NCBI GenBank assembly: GCA_000165345.1
Contig: CM000430.1
Span: 576,001-640,000, forward strand
Direction of reading: 5' to 3'
DNA: 64,000 nucleotides
Part shown: one piece after another, positions 1 to 10,779 of the stretch
Layout of the letters: every line of letters begins with the position of its first letter
Position numbering within the stretch: position 1 is the stretch's first letter
Made by a program: the position numbers and the translations under genes
The notes under the pieces: model-generated
What the model was told of the DNA's origin: nothing
Databases searched by the model: none
What the model saw: only the letters and a program-made list of their open reading frames with translations

Positions 1-3000
1 TCTTTCATTTGCAAGAGACTTAAGTGGAGCAATATAAACTATTTTAGATTTTTTTTTTGATTCAGGTTTAAGCTTTGAAATACTTATTTTACTGTCTAGA
101 TCTGCAAATAAAGCTCTAAATATTGCAATTTCTGCAACCATCGTCTTTCCTGATCCAGTAGGAGCACCCAAAAATATATTTTCATCAGAATAGAACAAAA
201 TATGGAAAAGTTGAGATTGCACAGGATTTAAAAAAAATATCTTTTTATTATTATAATAATCAATTATTTCTGGATACTTTAACGATTTAATAGGAATTGG
301 GGGTATGTTAAGGAGTTCAGTTATATCTGGAATTGAATTTAATGAGATAGAATTGAATTCACTATTTGTTTGTAAAAATTCTTTTTGAATATAAGATGAT
401 TGGGTAAAATTATCTAAAGCAGGCCTAAGATTGAAATCGATTTCAAAATCAAGATTAACCCACTTATCAGATATAATTCTAATATTTAAAAAAAATGGTG
501 GATCTTCATCTGGAATTGGAATTAAGTCCGTGATTGAAATAGTACTATTCACACTTTTTTGTGTTACTTGGACCTGGTTAGTATAAAGAATTGCTCCATC
601 GTTAGGATTTGTAACCCAAAGATAAAATTTTTCTCTTATTCCATGCCATCTTTGGCTCCATTTCCAATTAGGGTAAAGTTTAATCCCAAGTCTAACTATC
701 TTCAATGTAACTGGAGATACAAGCGCTTCTTTGAAATCAATTTTCGGGATATATTTTATATACTCCGATATTTTTTCTGCATCAGAATAAACAATGTGTT
801 TTAATTCACAAATTGCTAGATCTTTTATCATTTCCCATGATGCATAGTCTTCTAATTTTTTAATAGAGCCAATTTTTAGTGGGCCTTTAAACTTTGTATT
901 TCTATTCGAACGCTCAGAAGCAAAAGTCTCATTAGGGTTTAAGGTTTTATCTAGAGAAGAAAAGTATACAAAATGTCTTAAGACTGATTGAGTATAAAAA
1001 ATTCGCATTTCCAGCATTTTAGACCATTCCAATACTCTTTGTGCTCTTTCTGAAACTCCAAAAGTGCTAAGTTGAATCAATTCAAAAATAAATCTCAAGA
1101 TTCTTGCTCCATTTTGAGAAATGTAAATGCTGTCCATTACAAGGGTCGGAGTAGTTATTTCGATTCGAAGTGAATATGCGATTAGAAGAAGCGCAACTTT
1201 GGAACTAACATTAGTAACATCTATTCTTTTCTTGACAATACTCGCAACTTGGCGGTTGCAAACTATATTCTCTAGTTCTTCAATTTCTTCCTCTCTTGGG
1301 GCCATACTTGAAAACTCTTTAGCCTTGCCAACAATTTCTAAGATATTGAAGTCACTTAAACAAGAGCCACTTTCAGAATTGCGTTCATCTTCTAATATAA
1401 GCTTCCTAAAAATATTTGCAGTATTGAAATCGATGTAGTATTTTGATGCTAATCTTCCATAGTGAGTGGGGCTGACTTCTTCATTGATTATATTGTAACG
1501 TATTAGCTTGGATTGATAGAGTAAATCTAAACATTTGCTTATATTGTTGTAACAAAACTGTGCTAAATTTGGGTCATTTATTATTTCTTCAGCTTTGAAC
1601 CCATATGCTATTGGAGATTTTTTAACTCTAGTTACAAGGAAAGTATATTTCAACCATCTGCTTGCATCTTTGGCATTTAAAATTGAACCCCTAGCTATTT
1701 CAGCATTAAGCAAATTACACAAATTAGATTCATTTGAAAGTTGCGATTCAATAGGAGCTTGAAATGTCAGCTTTTTGACATAACTTTGTACTTTATCGCT
1801 AGATGTTATCATATATGCAGATCCAAGCTTCTCAAATTGAGGTCTTCCTGCACGCCCGAATATTTGAAGTATATCTAAAATTCCAAGATCCTTAAAACTA
1901 CCTTTCTTGCTATCATATACATTAGTCCCCTTGATAATAACATGTCTTGCAGGTAAATTAACACCCCATGCTAATGTCGCTGTTGTAATCAGAACTCTAA
2001 TTAGACCTTGAGAAAATAGTGCTTCAGAAAGTTTTCTTTGGCTTGAAATTAGTCCTGCATGGTGAATCCCTAAGCCAAAATTGAATAGGTCTTTAATTGA
2101 TGAATTATCACAGTCTCTAAGTGCTTTTAGCAAGTAGTTACCACTAAATTCTTTTTTATTAACTTTATTCATTTCATCTGTTGAAAAATGATTTCCAATA
2201 GTTTTTTTTTTAATTAAGTTCTTAATGCTTCCATCAAATTCTTGATTATTATCTGAGCACGAAGTTCCTCGATTAAAACTACTTTTTATAGAGTGGATGT
2301 TTAACATTCTTTTAAAATAAAGTGCAGTAGAAAGAGTTTCATTTCTAGAATGTACAAAAACTAACGCTTGCTCATTTTTTTCCAAGCAATCTAAAACAAT
2401 TTTAAATGCAATGGAATTATACAAGTCTGAAATACTAGAAATATCTTCCTTTGAATTAATCTGCTTTGATATTTTATCTTTCTGTCTTTCTTCTCTTTGT
2501 TTTTCTTTATTTAGAGAGCTATCTTGATTTGAAGTTTTATCATTTTTTTTTCGTATTTCTCTTTTTTTTTCAATATCTACTCGCTTTTCATTGACTCCTA
2601 TAATTGTTTTCTCTAAAGGGGTAGGACGTAATGCTTGACTAAAGAAAAACGCGTCATTTTTGTTTACATTCAAGAAGGTTGCAAAATCTTCCCAATTTGG
2701 AAGAGTTGCAGAAAGACCTACTAGCCTTATTGGCCTTTGACTGATCTCAACATTATACAAAATTCTAGATACTATTGCTTCAACTGAAGGACCTCTTTCA
2801 TCTCCCAACATATGTATTTCATCTAAAATTACGCATTGGAGAGAATTAAATAAGTTAACTTGCCCTGTGTTATCATCAAAGGTATAAGTTCGTGTCATTA
2901 TGTCAAGTTTCTCGGGAACAGTCACAATAATGTGATTTCTATCTATCACTTCCTTTGGAACAGCTGCATCAGATGTAACTTCAACAACCTTAATCCTAAG

Positions 3001-3984
3001 TTCTTGTAAAGCTACAGAGTACTTTCGAGTTATTTCAGAAACTAATGATTTCATTGGTGCAATGAACACAATCTTGAACTTAATTGGGTCTGGCTCTTTA
3101 TAATGTTCAGAAACACTGTCCGAATCTAGTGTATTTATTCCGACAAAATCGGAAATTGATCTTAGAATGGCAAGTAAAGCGATATTAGTTTTCCCAGAAC
3201 CAGTTGGTGCAGCAACCAAAACATTTCTGTTTGATAGGTAAATTGAACTGAATACCTTTGACTGAACAAAGTTAAACATTTTTAAACCTTTAAATGCTGA
3301 TCTTAATTTCTTATTTAATTTTTCAGTTGATATTAGTTGGGATTCTAATTCTTTTGAAACTGATGCTGGAATGATTAATGGAGAAATGAAGACCTTTTCA
3401 AAAAGTTCGGTTTTTGTTGTAACAACTTTTGGTTCTTCCACCGAAAAGTCAATCTTATTTTGAAAATCATCCGATACAAATTTATATATGCTTGTATTGT
3501 TTTGGCTCGTATTTTTTATAGCTTCATTATATTCTAATCTGTGCTCATCTTGAAGACTATTAGAATTGGAAATATCTACATAACTAAAGATAATACCAAC
3601 CAGATTAATACATTCTTCCTTAGTGATATTTTCTTTATTTTGAAAAATTTGTTTATTATTATTGTTACATAATAATTGTTCTATTTCTAATATTAAATTT
3701 TCTAAATTTTCCAACACTATGCTAGTTAAAAATATTCCATCGTTTCCAAACAAATCCATAGTCTCAATCATAAAATTGTTCATGCTTTCTTCTAGAAAAA
3801 GGCGTGGCTTTGATAGGAGCCTTATCAGATCGGCCATTATATTGAACTTAATTTCTTCATTATTACAATTTGTCTCATCAATTAGGCTTTCTTGAGAAAG
3901 TTGAGCTGAAATTCTGCTAAGCTCCTTCCAAATAATACCAGTATATGGATATAACGAACAGATGTCATCGTGTTTAGCTGGCAT
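1..3984 (-). CDS. Sec63-type DExH-box helicase of the Ski2-like family (Brr2/ASCC3/Mer3-like); 5' part only, CDS runs off the window start
   Basis: Minus-strand ATG at 3982-3984 opens MPAKHDDICSLYPYTGIIWKEL. Walker-A NVLVAAPTGSGKTNIALLAIL lies near 3180-3240, and a second GAPTGSGKTMVAEIAIFRALF lies near 100-170 (tandem helicase cassettes). The ORF track lists no complete minus ORFs in 1-3990, which fits one open frame leaving the window. Not translated end to end; small introns are possible. Confidence 0.6.
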   Translation of the reverse strand, partial: MPAKHDDICSLYPYTGIIWKELSRISAQLSQESLIDETNCNNEEIKFNIMADLIRLLSKPRLFLEESMNNFMIETMDLFGNDGIFLTSIVLENLENLILEIEQLLCNNNNKQIFQNKENITKEECINLVGIIFSYVDISNSNSLQDEHRLEYNEAIKNTSQNNTSIYKFVSDDFQNKIDFSVEEPKVVTTKTELFEKVFISPLIIPASVSKELESQLISTEKLNKKLRSAFKGLKMFNFVQSKVFSSIYLSNRNVLVAAPTGSGKTNIALLAILRSISDFVGINTLDSDSVSEHYKEPDPIKFKIVFIAPMKSLVSEITRKYSVALQELRIKVVEVTSDAAVPKEVIDRNHIIVTVPEKLDIMTRTYTFDDNTGQVNLFNSLQCVILDEIHMLGDERGPSVEAIVSRILYNVEISQRPIRLVGLSATLPNWEDFATFLNVNKNDAFFFSQALRPTPLEKTIIGVNEKRVDIEKKREIRKKNDKTSNQDSSLNKEKQREERQKDKISKQINSKEDISSISDLYNSIAFKIVLDCLEKNEQALVFVHSRNETLSTALYFKRMLNIHSIKSSFNRGTSCSDNNQEFDGSIKNLIKKKTIGNHFSTDEMNKVNKKEFSGNYLLKALRDCDNSSIKDLFNFGLGIHHAGLISSQRKLSEALFSQGLIRVLITTATLAWGVNLPARHVIIKGTNVYDSKKGSFKDLGILDILQIFGRAGRPQFEKLGSAYMITSSDKVQSYVKKLTFQAPIESQLSNESNLCNLLNAEIARGSILNAKDASRWLKYTFLVTRVKKSPIAYGFKAEEIINDPNLAQFCYNNISKCLDLLYQSKLIRYNIINEEVSPTHYGRLASKYYIDFNTANIFRKLILEDERNSESGSCLSDFNILEIVGKAKEFSSMAPREEEIEELENIVCNRQVASIVKKRIDVTNVSSKVALLLIAYSLRIEITTPTLVMDSIYISQNGARILRFIFELIQLSTFGVSERAQRVLEWSKMLEMRIFYTQSVLRHFVYFSSLDKTLNPNETFASERSNRNTKFKGPLKIGSIKKLEDYASWEMIKDLAICELKHIVYSDAEKISEYIKYIPKIDFKEALVSPVTLKIVRLGIKLYPNWKWSQRWHGIREKFYLWVTNPNDGAILYTNQVQVTQKSVNSTISITDLIPIPDEDPPFFLNIRIISDKWVNLDFEIDFNLRPALDNFTQSSYIQKEFLQTNSEFNSISLNSIPDITELLNIPPIPIKSLKYPEIIDYYNNKKIFFLNPVQSQLFHILFYSDENIFLGAPTGSGKTMVAEIAIFRALFADLDSKISISKLKPESKKKSKIVYIAPLKSLANER

Positions 3985-4495
3985 TCTATATATAAATTTT
4001 ATTTAGATATTTTCAACATTTATTTATAACGGGCGCAATGCAGTTGAAACATTTAAGACTTAAAAAAATAATAATTTAGGTATATATTTATTTTAGGAAT
4101 TAAATAATAGCTACCACATATCTAAAGGCTTTAAATAAATAGTGAAAGTATTCACACACTGGTTGTTTTAAAAATAACTGAATAATTAATAACTTTATTT
4201 TAAATTTGGTATAATTCACTTAAAGTGCGGGTTTTTAAAAATGGTATTGCACTATTTACCTTTGAATAATACTTGTATATTCTGAAAGTTATCTAGTTCT
4301 TTTATAATGCTACAGTTTAATCTGGAATACGTAAAATAGTAATTATGAGCTACTGATATATATATTAACGAATATTTGTTAATATTGACATTAGTGATAG
4401 TTATTTGTCTAATTTACACGCAAGAGTTTTATTAGCTTTGCAAAAATAACTGCGTGCGGGTAATAAAAACTCGGTGGGGTGAATTGCCATAGAAG

Positions 4496-5617
4496 ATGAT
4501 AATAGTAGGATTAATTGGATTTGATAACGTAGTTGCAGAATATGCATTCAGGTTCATTGTGGAAAGGTTTAGTTTCAAAGGAATAAGACTCGTAGATTGT
4601 GAGCGAAATTGCAATTTTGATAATGCAGCGAACAAGTTAAAATCAACTAATAAGTTAGAAAGCCATTTTAAAACTTTTGGGGAGGAATGTGGCAAAAAAG
4701 CAATAAGACAAATTTGCTTTTGCGGAAGCGATTCAGAGGAATCTTATGATGATTGTATTAGGTTCAGAGCAAAGAAAGCTTTCATGATATCAACTACAGA
4801 TTTGAACTCAAGTTATGTTATTTCAAAAATAACAAAAGAAAATGAATTTGATATCTTTTCAAATACATTTTTTGTTAGTTTGGCTATAGATCTACCTTTG
4901 ATTTCTAAGCTTTCTTTGCTAGAAACGAATTACGAGAATGCAAATTTTGAAGAAGTTGAAAAATCTATTGAGGTATTAAAAAATTCCCCAGGAAAGTTAA
5001 AAGAACTTGCCTCAATATTGGTTCAAGATTTTGAAGAGAAAAAAAGGGGTATTTGTAGACTGGTAAGAAGATCTGATTATTATATCAGCTATTTCACAGA
5101 TTTTTCCGATTTGGAGAAAAAGTTGATTAATCTCGGGCTATCTAAAATAGATTCACGCCCAAACTGGGATGAATATTTTATGAAAATTGCAAAACTAGCG
5201 TCTCAAAGGTCTAACTGTGTTTCAAGAAAAGTTGGATCGGTAATTGTTAAAGACAAAAAAATCATTAGTACAGGGTATAATGGGACTCCAAAGAATATGA
5301 AGAATTGTTTCGAAGGTGGGTGTACAAGATGCTCTAACCCAAATAGAGTAGAGGGAAAATCATTGGAAACTTGCTCATGCATGCATGCAGAGACAAATGC
5401 ATTACTGTTTGCTGGGATTGATAAGTGTATTGGAGCAACTATATACGTTACATTGATGCCCTGTATCTCTTGTACGAAAAATATCATTCAATGTGAAATT
5501 GAAAGGGTCGTATTTACTACTGAGTATGCAATTCCAGACGAGATTTCCACCATTAAATTACTTAGAGATTCAAATGTAAAGGTGGATAGATTAGTGGAAA
5601 AACAGTCATGTTTATGA
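4496..5617 (+). CDS. deoxycytidylate (dCMP) deaminase with ~230 aa N-terminal extension
   Basis: C-terminal CMP/dCMP deaminase zinc-binding signature: CMHAETNALLFAG (HAE) and LMPCISCTKNI (PCxxC), preceded by VGSVIVKDKKIISTGYNGTP. A long N-terminal extension is known for fungal Dcd1-type enzymes. Confidence 0.75.
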   Translation: MIIVGLIGFDNVVAEYAFRFIVERFSFKGIRLVDCERNCNFDNAANKLKSTNKLESHFKTFGEECGKKAIRQICFCGSDSEESYDDCIRFRAKKAFMISTTDLNSSYVISKITKENEFDIFSNTFFVSLAIDLPLISKLSLLETNYENANFEEVEKSIEVLKNSPGKLKELASILVQDFEEKKRGICRLVRRSDYYISYFTDFSDLEKKLINLGLSKIDSRPNWDEYFMKIAKLASQRSNCVSRKVGSVIVKDKKIISTGYNGTPKNMKNCFEGGCTRCSNPNRVEGKSLETCSCMHAETNALLFAGIDKCIGATIYVTLMPCISCTKNIIQCEIERVVFTTEYAIPDEISTIKLLRDSNVKVDRLVEKQSCL

Positions 5618-5691
5618 ACAGACAAAAGTCCTTTAGAACGTAGTATAAAAAAAGGAAATAATTAAATAAATAAAGAAACTATTAATTAATT

Positions 5692-6714
5692 TTATTCTTC
5701 TGGCAAATCTATTTCATTTTGGAAAATGGAATGATTTATTTTAACTTCAGGCGAATTTTTGTCCCTGTCTTTATGATCATTTTCGATACTTTCAACTTGA
5801 TTCTCTTCTTCCTCAATTATTTCGCTATAGGCATTCATTTCTGGAATATCATCATCTGAAAGGAATGCATCTTCATCAATTTCATATGTATCTCCTCCAG
5901 CAGCATCTTCATCATCAACGAAAAGTGATGGGTCGTAAACAAACAGGTCCCGTCCAGACATTTGTTTGCCTTGTTTTGCTGCATCAGCCTTAGCCTTCTC
6001 CTCTTCTTCCTTTTCTTTTTTTTTCTTCCATTCCATAAAAGTTTCAAATGTTACAGGCGTTCCTGGGCCTGGAAGCTCAAGCCTTTGCCTTTCAATTCTT
6101 TCCTCTAATGTTTCTTCTTCACCTTCTATGTCTCCACCGTCATCACTTTCTTGTTCTTTAATTACATAACCCACTGGCAAACAATGACGATATTTGCAAT
6201 TGTCGCCTCCTTCTGGACATACCCAAAACCATCCATATTGTTTCTTCTCAACAGCTGAAAGGAAGTGCTTGCATATAATTTCTGTGCTAAATGATGTTGG
6301 TTCTTGGCTCAAAGGAGCTTTTTTTGAGCCAGAATTTTGTTTTTGATCTCTTTGATCAATATAAAGGTCAATTTTTTGCTCTGCTTTAATTGTTGAGGGA
6401 TCAACTTTGCGTGCATCTTCTGCAGAAACTTTTTTGATATTTTCAGTACCTTTAAATAGAGCAGCTAAGAGAGCTTGCTGTTGTGCCTGCTTCTTTTTTT
6501 CTTCTTTTGCCTGCGCTGCTTTAAGCTCCTGGTTAACTTGCCCTCCTTTCGAGTTGTTTATTTGGGAAGTTACAGATTTTATGTATTTCTGTACGCTTTT
6601 ACTTTTGTTTTTATTCTTTAGTCCGAACGTTTTGTCCTCAATGATTTTTTGTTTCTGCTTTTCTAAGGCTCTTTGTTGCCCTCTCTCTTGCTTACTCTGG
6701 TTCTTTGGTGGCAT
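5692..6714 (-). CDS. ZC3H15 / TMA46-like CCCH zinc-finger protein (DRG-family regulatory protein)
   Basis: N-terminus MPPKNQSKQ...IIEDKTFGLKNKNKSK and CCCH fingers CKHFLSAVEKKQYGWFWVCPEGGDNCKYRHCLP, with a K/E-rich acidic tail. This matches the ZC3H15/TMA46 layout. Confidence 0.65.
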   Translation of the reverse strand: MPPKNQSKQERGQQRALEKQKQKIIEDKTFGLKNKNKSKSVQKYIKSVTSQINNSKGGQVNQELKAAQAKEEKKKQAQQQALLAALFKGTENIKKVSAEDARKVDPSTIKAEQKIDLYIDQRDQKQNSGSKKAPLSQEPTSFSTEIICKHFLSAVEKKQYGWFWVCPEGGDNCKYRHCLPVGYVIKEQESDDGGDIEGEEETLEERIERQRLELPGPGTPVTFETFMEWKKKKEKEEEEKAKADAAKQGKQMSGRDLFVYDPSLFVDDEDAAGGDTYEIDEDAFLSDDDIPEMNAYSEIIEEEENQVESIENDHKDRDKNSPEVKINHSIFQNEIDLPEE

Positions 6715-7012
6715 TTTACTACTTAAATAAAGCTTCCTTTTATCCTCTCACTAAATTATATTCAAAAAGAAAATTGTCAAAACATTGGCGGGCAAAACTA
6801 GCAATAACCAGTCTAATTACACAATTTTACTAATTTTATTCATAAAAACATTAATTAATGACTAATTATTTTCCTACTTATTCAAGAGTAATTGAAGTTT
6901 AATTCAAGGTGACAAATCCTTATTTAGATGCTACTATAATATCTATGATATTTATTTTATACATTGTAACTTTAATAAAGAAGGAGTCGGCTATATATTT
7001 ATCTAGCAATAC

Positions 7013-7882
7013 TTAGTTACTAGAAATCCTATTTAGGTTAAACTTGCAATATTTATGATAGTTGCAAACGATAGAAATACCACAAAAAGACCTAGTAATT
7101 TCAACAAGAATAGACTTACTTGGATTTCCTAGATCGACTGGATAGAGTTTCTTGTATTCTTGGTATTTTGGGCCGTCTTCAGGACCCCAAATTAGCTCGG
7201 ATGCTAGATCATATATCTCTTGTCTCTTAATATCAGAGCCGCTGTATCTGGAATTATAGTAGCATGCCCAAGAAGCACAACTAGTTTCTTTTCCAAATTC
7301 AGACTCTGAGCAAAAGGCATTGTTGAAGCTTGACAATATCAAAGCTTTCATATTCTTATGAATTTCATCTAATTTTGCTGAGCAAATTATATCTAGTGGG
7401 ACTAATCTACTAATATATCTGGATGATAATAAGCAACCAGAATCAATTTCACTCTTTCCTCTATTTTCTTGAGTCCTATGTTCATATGCACTTTTCATAA
7501 GCTTTTCAACCAAAGCAGATGGCTTATCATTTGAATCGTTAAATTGAATTAATACCAGACATCTTGATATATTGTCTATAAGTTTGAATCTGGAATTATC
7601 CTTCTTAAACTTCTTTGTCTCTAGTTCAATGCTTTCTTCAATAGTTAAATCATCATTTGGGTAATTCGGGCTTTCCTGTTCATTATATTCGGAATTACTT
7701 AAAAGAATTCTAGATATATCTCTATAAGCTGCAATACTTTTATTATTCACTGTAATTGACATCAAAATTCCTTTATTCAAAATTCTTAGATCAGGAATTC
7801 CTGATCTTGAATTATTTGATTTCCCAACAGGGAAGTATTTTCTTTTCTTATTCATTTGCAGTATATCCGCCAGCAATACCAA
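7013..7882 (-). CDS. hypothetical protein (possibly THUMP-domain-like)
   Basis: 289-aa complete ORF; codon usage matches neighbours. Weak resemblance to THUMPD1/Tan1-type proteins only. Confidence 0.35.
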   Translation of the reverse strand: MVLLADILQMNKKRKYFPVGKSNNSRSGIPDLRILNKGILMSITVNNKSIAAYRDISRILLSNSEYNEQESPNYPNDDLTIEESIELETKKFKKDNSRFKLIDNISRCLVLIQFNDSNDKPSALVEKLMKSAYEHRTQENRGKSEIDSGCLLSSRYISRLVPLDIICSAKLDEIHKNMKALILSSFNNAFCSESEFGKETSCASWACYYNSRYSGSDIKRQEIYDLASELIWGPEDGPKYQEYKKLYPVDLGNPSKSILVEITRSFCGISIVCNYHKYCKFNLNRISSN

Positions 7883-7982
7883 AAAGTGAAGTACCTCAAT
7901 TAAATTAGCTTTTTGTTTCTATCGATCGAATTTTAATTATTTTTATAGTGGCGGGTTTAAATCTAGAACTATAAACAGATTA

Positions 7983-8675
7983 TTAAAGTGCCGTGCCTCT
8001 TTCTAGATTTTGTTTAATTTCAGAAGTATATTCATGATAAGCCCTGTCTAATTTCTCATTGTACTTTTTATTCCCCTGATTTATATGATATATATCAGGC
8101 CTAATATAAATTGACTCTGATATGAATCTTTTTCTTTGGTTCTTTATATACTGATTTATTAGCAAATTCTTATCGTTGTCAGAGGGGACATGAGAAGTCC
8201 GAAGAAATTCGGACCTTTCTGGATTAGCTTTCAACTCGCTCATCTGTTGTTCATACTTTTCTCTATCGAAAATAATTTTTTTGTTTGTACTTGAAATAAG
8301 ACCTTTTTTTCTATTTTTTGTTCTAATTCTATTATTTTCCGTCACATTCTCAAATTTCTGTGAATTTCTTTGAATTCTCCAAAGCTCTGTACTTCCGAAA
8401 CGAATATCACACGTATATTCTACTTTCGAATCATTTTTTGCAGTTCTCAGCGCAGAGCTCTCGATAAATTCCTCATTCGAAAACTTTAAAAGTTTATCTA
8501 ATTCCTTCCTCCTTTCGTTTCTAAATATTTCCATATTGAAAATCATTGCAGAATGAACTTTTGTATTCAAACTGTTCAGTGTCTCTATCTTCTCATTATT
8601 TCGTAACTCATCTTCACTGCGGAATAAAAATTCAAGTAAGTGCCTCGAACTATTTGTTTTTTTTTCCGCTATCAT
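7983..8675 (-). CDS. hypothetical basic K/R/E-rich protein
   Basis: 230-aa ORF with a true ATG (ATGATAGCGGAAAAA); charged low-complexity sequence typical of nuclear proteins. No domain recognised. Confidence 0.35.
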   Translation of the reverse strand: MIAEKKTNSSRHLLEFLFRSEDELRNNEKIETLNSLNTKVHSAMIFNMEIFRNERRKELDKLLKFSNEEFIESSALRTAKNDSKVEYTCDIRFGSTELWRIQRNSQKFENVTENNRIRTKNRKKGLISSTNKKIIFDREKYEQQMSELKANPERSEFLRTSHVPSDNDKNLLINQYIKNQRKRFISESIYIRPDIYHINQGNKKYNEKLDRAYHEYTSEIKQNLERGTAL

Positions 8676-8954
8676 AGCTTGAAAACTTTGTTCATTTCTT
8701 GAATTAAAATAGACTGCAATATTTAGAATATGGAGGGTTTGTATAAATGCAGTACACTTAAATAAATGTTTACTTCTAATAAAAGGGAGCCTACCAATGA
8801 TTTAGAAATTTATTTATAGCGCAACTTTTTATTATTCAAATTTTATTTAGAATGTTAATAAATTAAGATTAGTTCGGAATAGCAACCTTTTATTAATTGA
8901 TAATGCTTTACAAATTTCTTTAGGTTTATTTGTTATTCGCATTAGCTAAAATTC

Positions 8955-8961
8955 ATGAATT
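8955..8961. promoter_or_regulatory. TTTCTCGCGCGCAGG E2F-like box upstream of SPT4
   Basis: GAATTTCTCGCGCGCAGGAATTC about 45 bp upstream of the SPT4 ATG, inside a short palindrome (GAATT...AATTC). Confidence 0.35.
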
Positions 8962-9006
8962 TCTCGCGCGCAGGAATTCTTTTCAAAAATAAATCATTAT
9001 TTCTTA

Positions 9007-9560
9007 ATGAACGAAAAAGAAATTTCATTTGCAGTTCCAACGGGTAAGTTAATTGCAATGTTTTATTTCAAATATATATTTGAAAATATATAATTTTTTT
9101 AATGATTGATTAATTCTTAATTCATTTATTAGGGACTCGCAAAATTATACAAATTCGAGATTCAAAAACAAATAAATCAACTACTAAAGAAAATTACGTT
9201 TTGAGGTTAAGGGCTTGCTTATCATGTCGAATAATTCTAAGTGATCAACAATTTTACGAAGGTGGGTGTCCAAATTGTACCCATCTTGCAATGGAATTTG
9301 ATCGCCAGAAGGTTAACTCTTGTACTTCAATGTCGTTTAAAGGGTAAGTATGATAACTGTAGAATGTCTGTTATTACAGAATGCTCAATAATGATAAAAC
9401 TAATTTATTGGTTAGAATGATATCTATGCTAAAGCCAAATGAATCATGGGTTGCAAGATACAATAAACTTTTGCCTAACATTGTACCAGGGTGCTATGCA
9501 GTTTCAGTTAGTGGAGATATGGTTTCAGATGACGAAGGCAATTATAATGGAGAATACTAA
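9007..9560 (+). CDS. SPT4: transcription elongation factor SPT4 (3 exons)
   Basis: Manual splice model join(9007..9043,9133..9343,9416..9560). Donors GTAAGT at 9044 and 9344; acceptors tttattAG|G at 9132/9133 and ggttAG|A at 9415/9416. The product has the SPT4 zinc ribbon RACLSCRIILSDQQFYEGGCPNCTH and the conserved CTSMSFKG-MISMLKPNESWVARY block. The longer N-terminal lead (MNEKEISFAVPT...) is uncertain. Absent from the ORF track. Confidence 0.6.
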
Positions 9561-9704
9561 TTAATAAATCTCAACTATTTCATTCTTGTGGAACAAATCG
9601 AGTTTATTGATCCTTTTTATAAATTGCTAAATAATTTAATTTATTCATATTTTCACATTCAATAAAAATATTAGGCCCGGGAATATATATTGTTCCTGTT
9701 TTAG

Positions 9705-10625
9705 CTACTTTATATAAGCCATTTTTTCTTGCAAAACCATCAAGTTCATTCGGTTTAATAAACTTTCTCCAGCTATGTGTCCCCTATGTTCGTGAATTGA
9801 TTCGAAATAGTCAATCGAACTTACTTTTGGTATCATTTCAAAAATTTTCTCTCCAAAGATAATTGAGTATATGTAGCAAAGAACAGTTCGATTAAGTGTT
9901 GTAAACAATACGATTCCATCCTTTTTAAGTAAATTACCTGACCGGGTTACAGAGATAATAAATCTTAGGTATTGGAACTTACTTATTAATTTAACAAAAA
10001 TGCCTGGATTATTTACATGTTCAATAACCTCTGAAGCTACAATAATATCAAATATCTCACTTTTTTGTATGTGTTCGATTCCGCCTTTGAAATATCTCAG
10101 ACTCCTAGGTTTTGGCATACTATTCATGAAATTATTAAGTTCATTTTCATTATTGAATTTAGAGATTTCTTTAAAGCTGGTGGAATTACAAAGTGCATTT
10201 TTGTAAGCTATGTCTATAGACTTATAGGATGCGTCGACTCCAAGTACATCCCCTCCTAATTCTGAGAGTCTTTCCGAAAAAATTCCTGCGCCAGAGCCAA
10301 TATCCAATATCTTTTTGCCACTTAATGGACCATTTAAACTAGCAGACTTATTAGAAATATGTTCAAGCAAGAAACTTGTTCTCAAATGGTTAAATTTTAA
10401 TAGAATACTATCATGAGTTTCTGGGAACCAACTATAACTTGAATACGCATCAAAATTATTTATTTGCTTAGCGTCTATTGTACTAAATTTGTATGATCCA
10501 TAAATCTTGTTTTTCTGCAAAATACGCAAATAGTTTCTAAAATCTATTCCAAAGAATCTGTTATTTTCTAATGTTGAATAACAACTTGAAAATAGAGATT
10601 TTTTGAAAGAAAAATTCCTAAACAT
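9705..10625 (-). CDS. COQ3/UbiG-type SAM-dependent O-methyltransferase (ubiquinone biosynthesis)
   Basis: SAM motif I ILDIGSGAGIFSERL, then GGDVLGVDAS, and post-motif DIIVASEVIEHVNNP. This matches UbiG/COQ3 (LDVGCGGG...DVVTCMEMLEHV). Confidence 0.65.
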   Translation of the reverse strand: MFRNFSFKKSLFSSCYSTLENNRFFGIDFRNYLRILQKNKIYGSYKFSTIDAKQINNFDAYSSYSWFPETHDSILLKFNHLRTSFLLEHISNKSASLNGPLSGKKILDIGSGAGIFSERLSELGGDVLGVDASYKSIDIAYKNALCNSTSFKEISKFNNENELNNFMNSMPKPRSLRYFKGGIEHIQKSEIFDIIVASEVIEHVNNPGIFVKLISKFQYLRFIISVTRSGNLLKKDGIVLFTTLNRTVLCYIYSIIFGEKIFEMIPKVSSIDYFESIHEHRGHIAGESLLNRMNLMVLQEKMAYIK

Positions 10626-10779
10626 GAATTAGTATAAAACTAAGGAAAATCATTTAAAATAATTTAACACGAATCAAATTAAGCGCATTATTCTGAAATA
10701 TTTGTTTGCATGTGATAAAAAATTACATGTATATAAAATTGTTAATTTTACTCTATTAGAAAAACAAATAAAATTATAT

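Noticed and set aside
5203-6730. Overlapping ORFs 5203..5487(-), 5835..6047(-), 5966..6169(+), 6407..6730(+)
   Set aside because: They lie within or antisense to the dCMP deaminase and ZC3H15-like genes. The K/R- or S/F-rich translations are typical of the K/E-rich coding repeat read in other frames.
9344-9380. Shorter SPT4 intron 2 using acceptor ttattacAG at 9380
   Set aside because: It is in phase but inserts GMLNNDKTNLLVR, which breaks the conserved SPT4 FxG-(I/M)I(A/S)M spacing. The acceptor at 9415 gives the canonical block.
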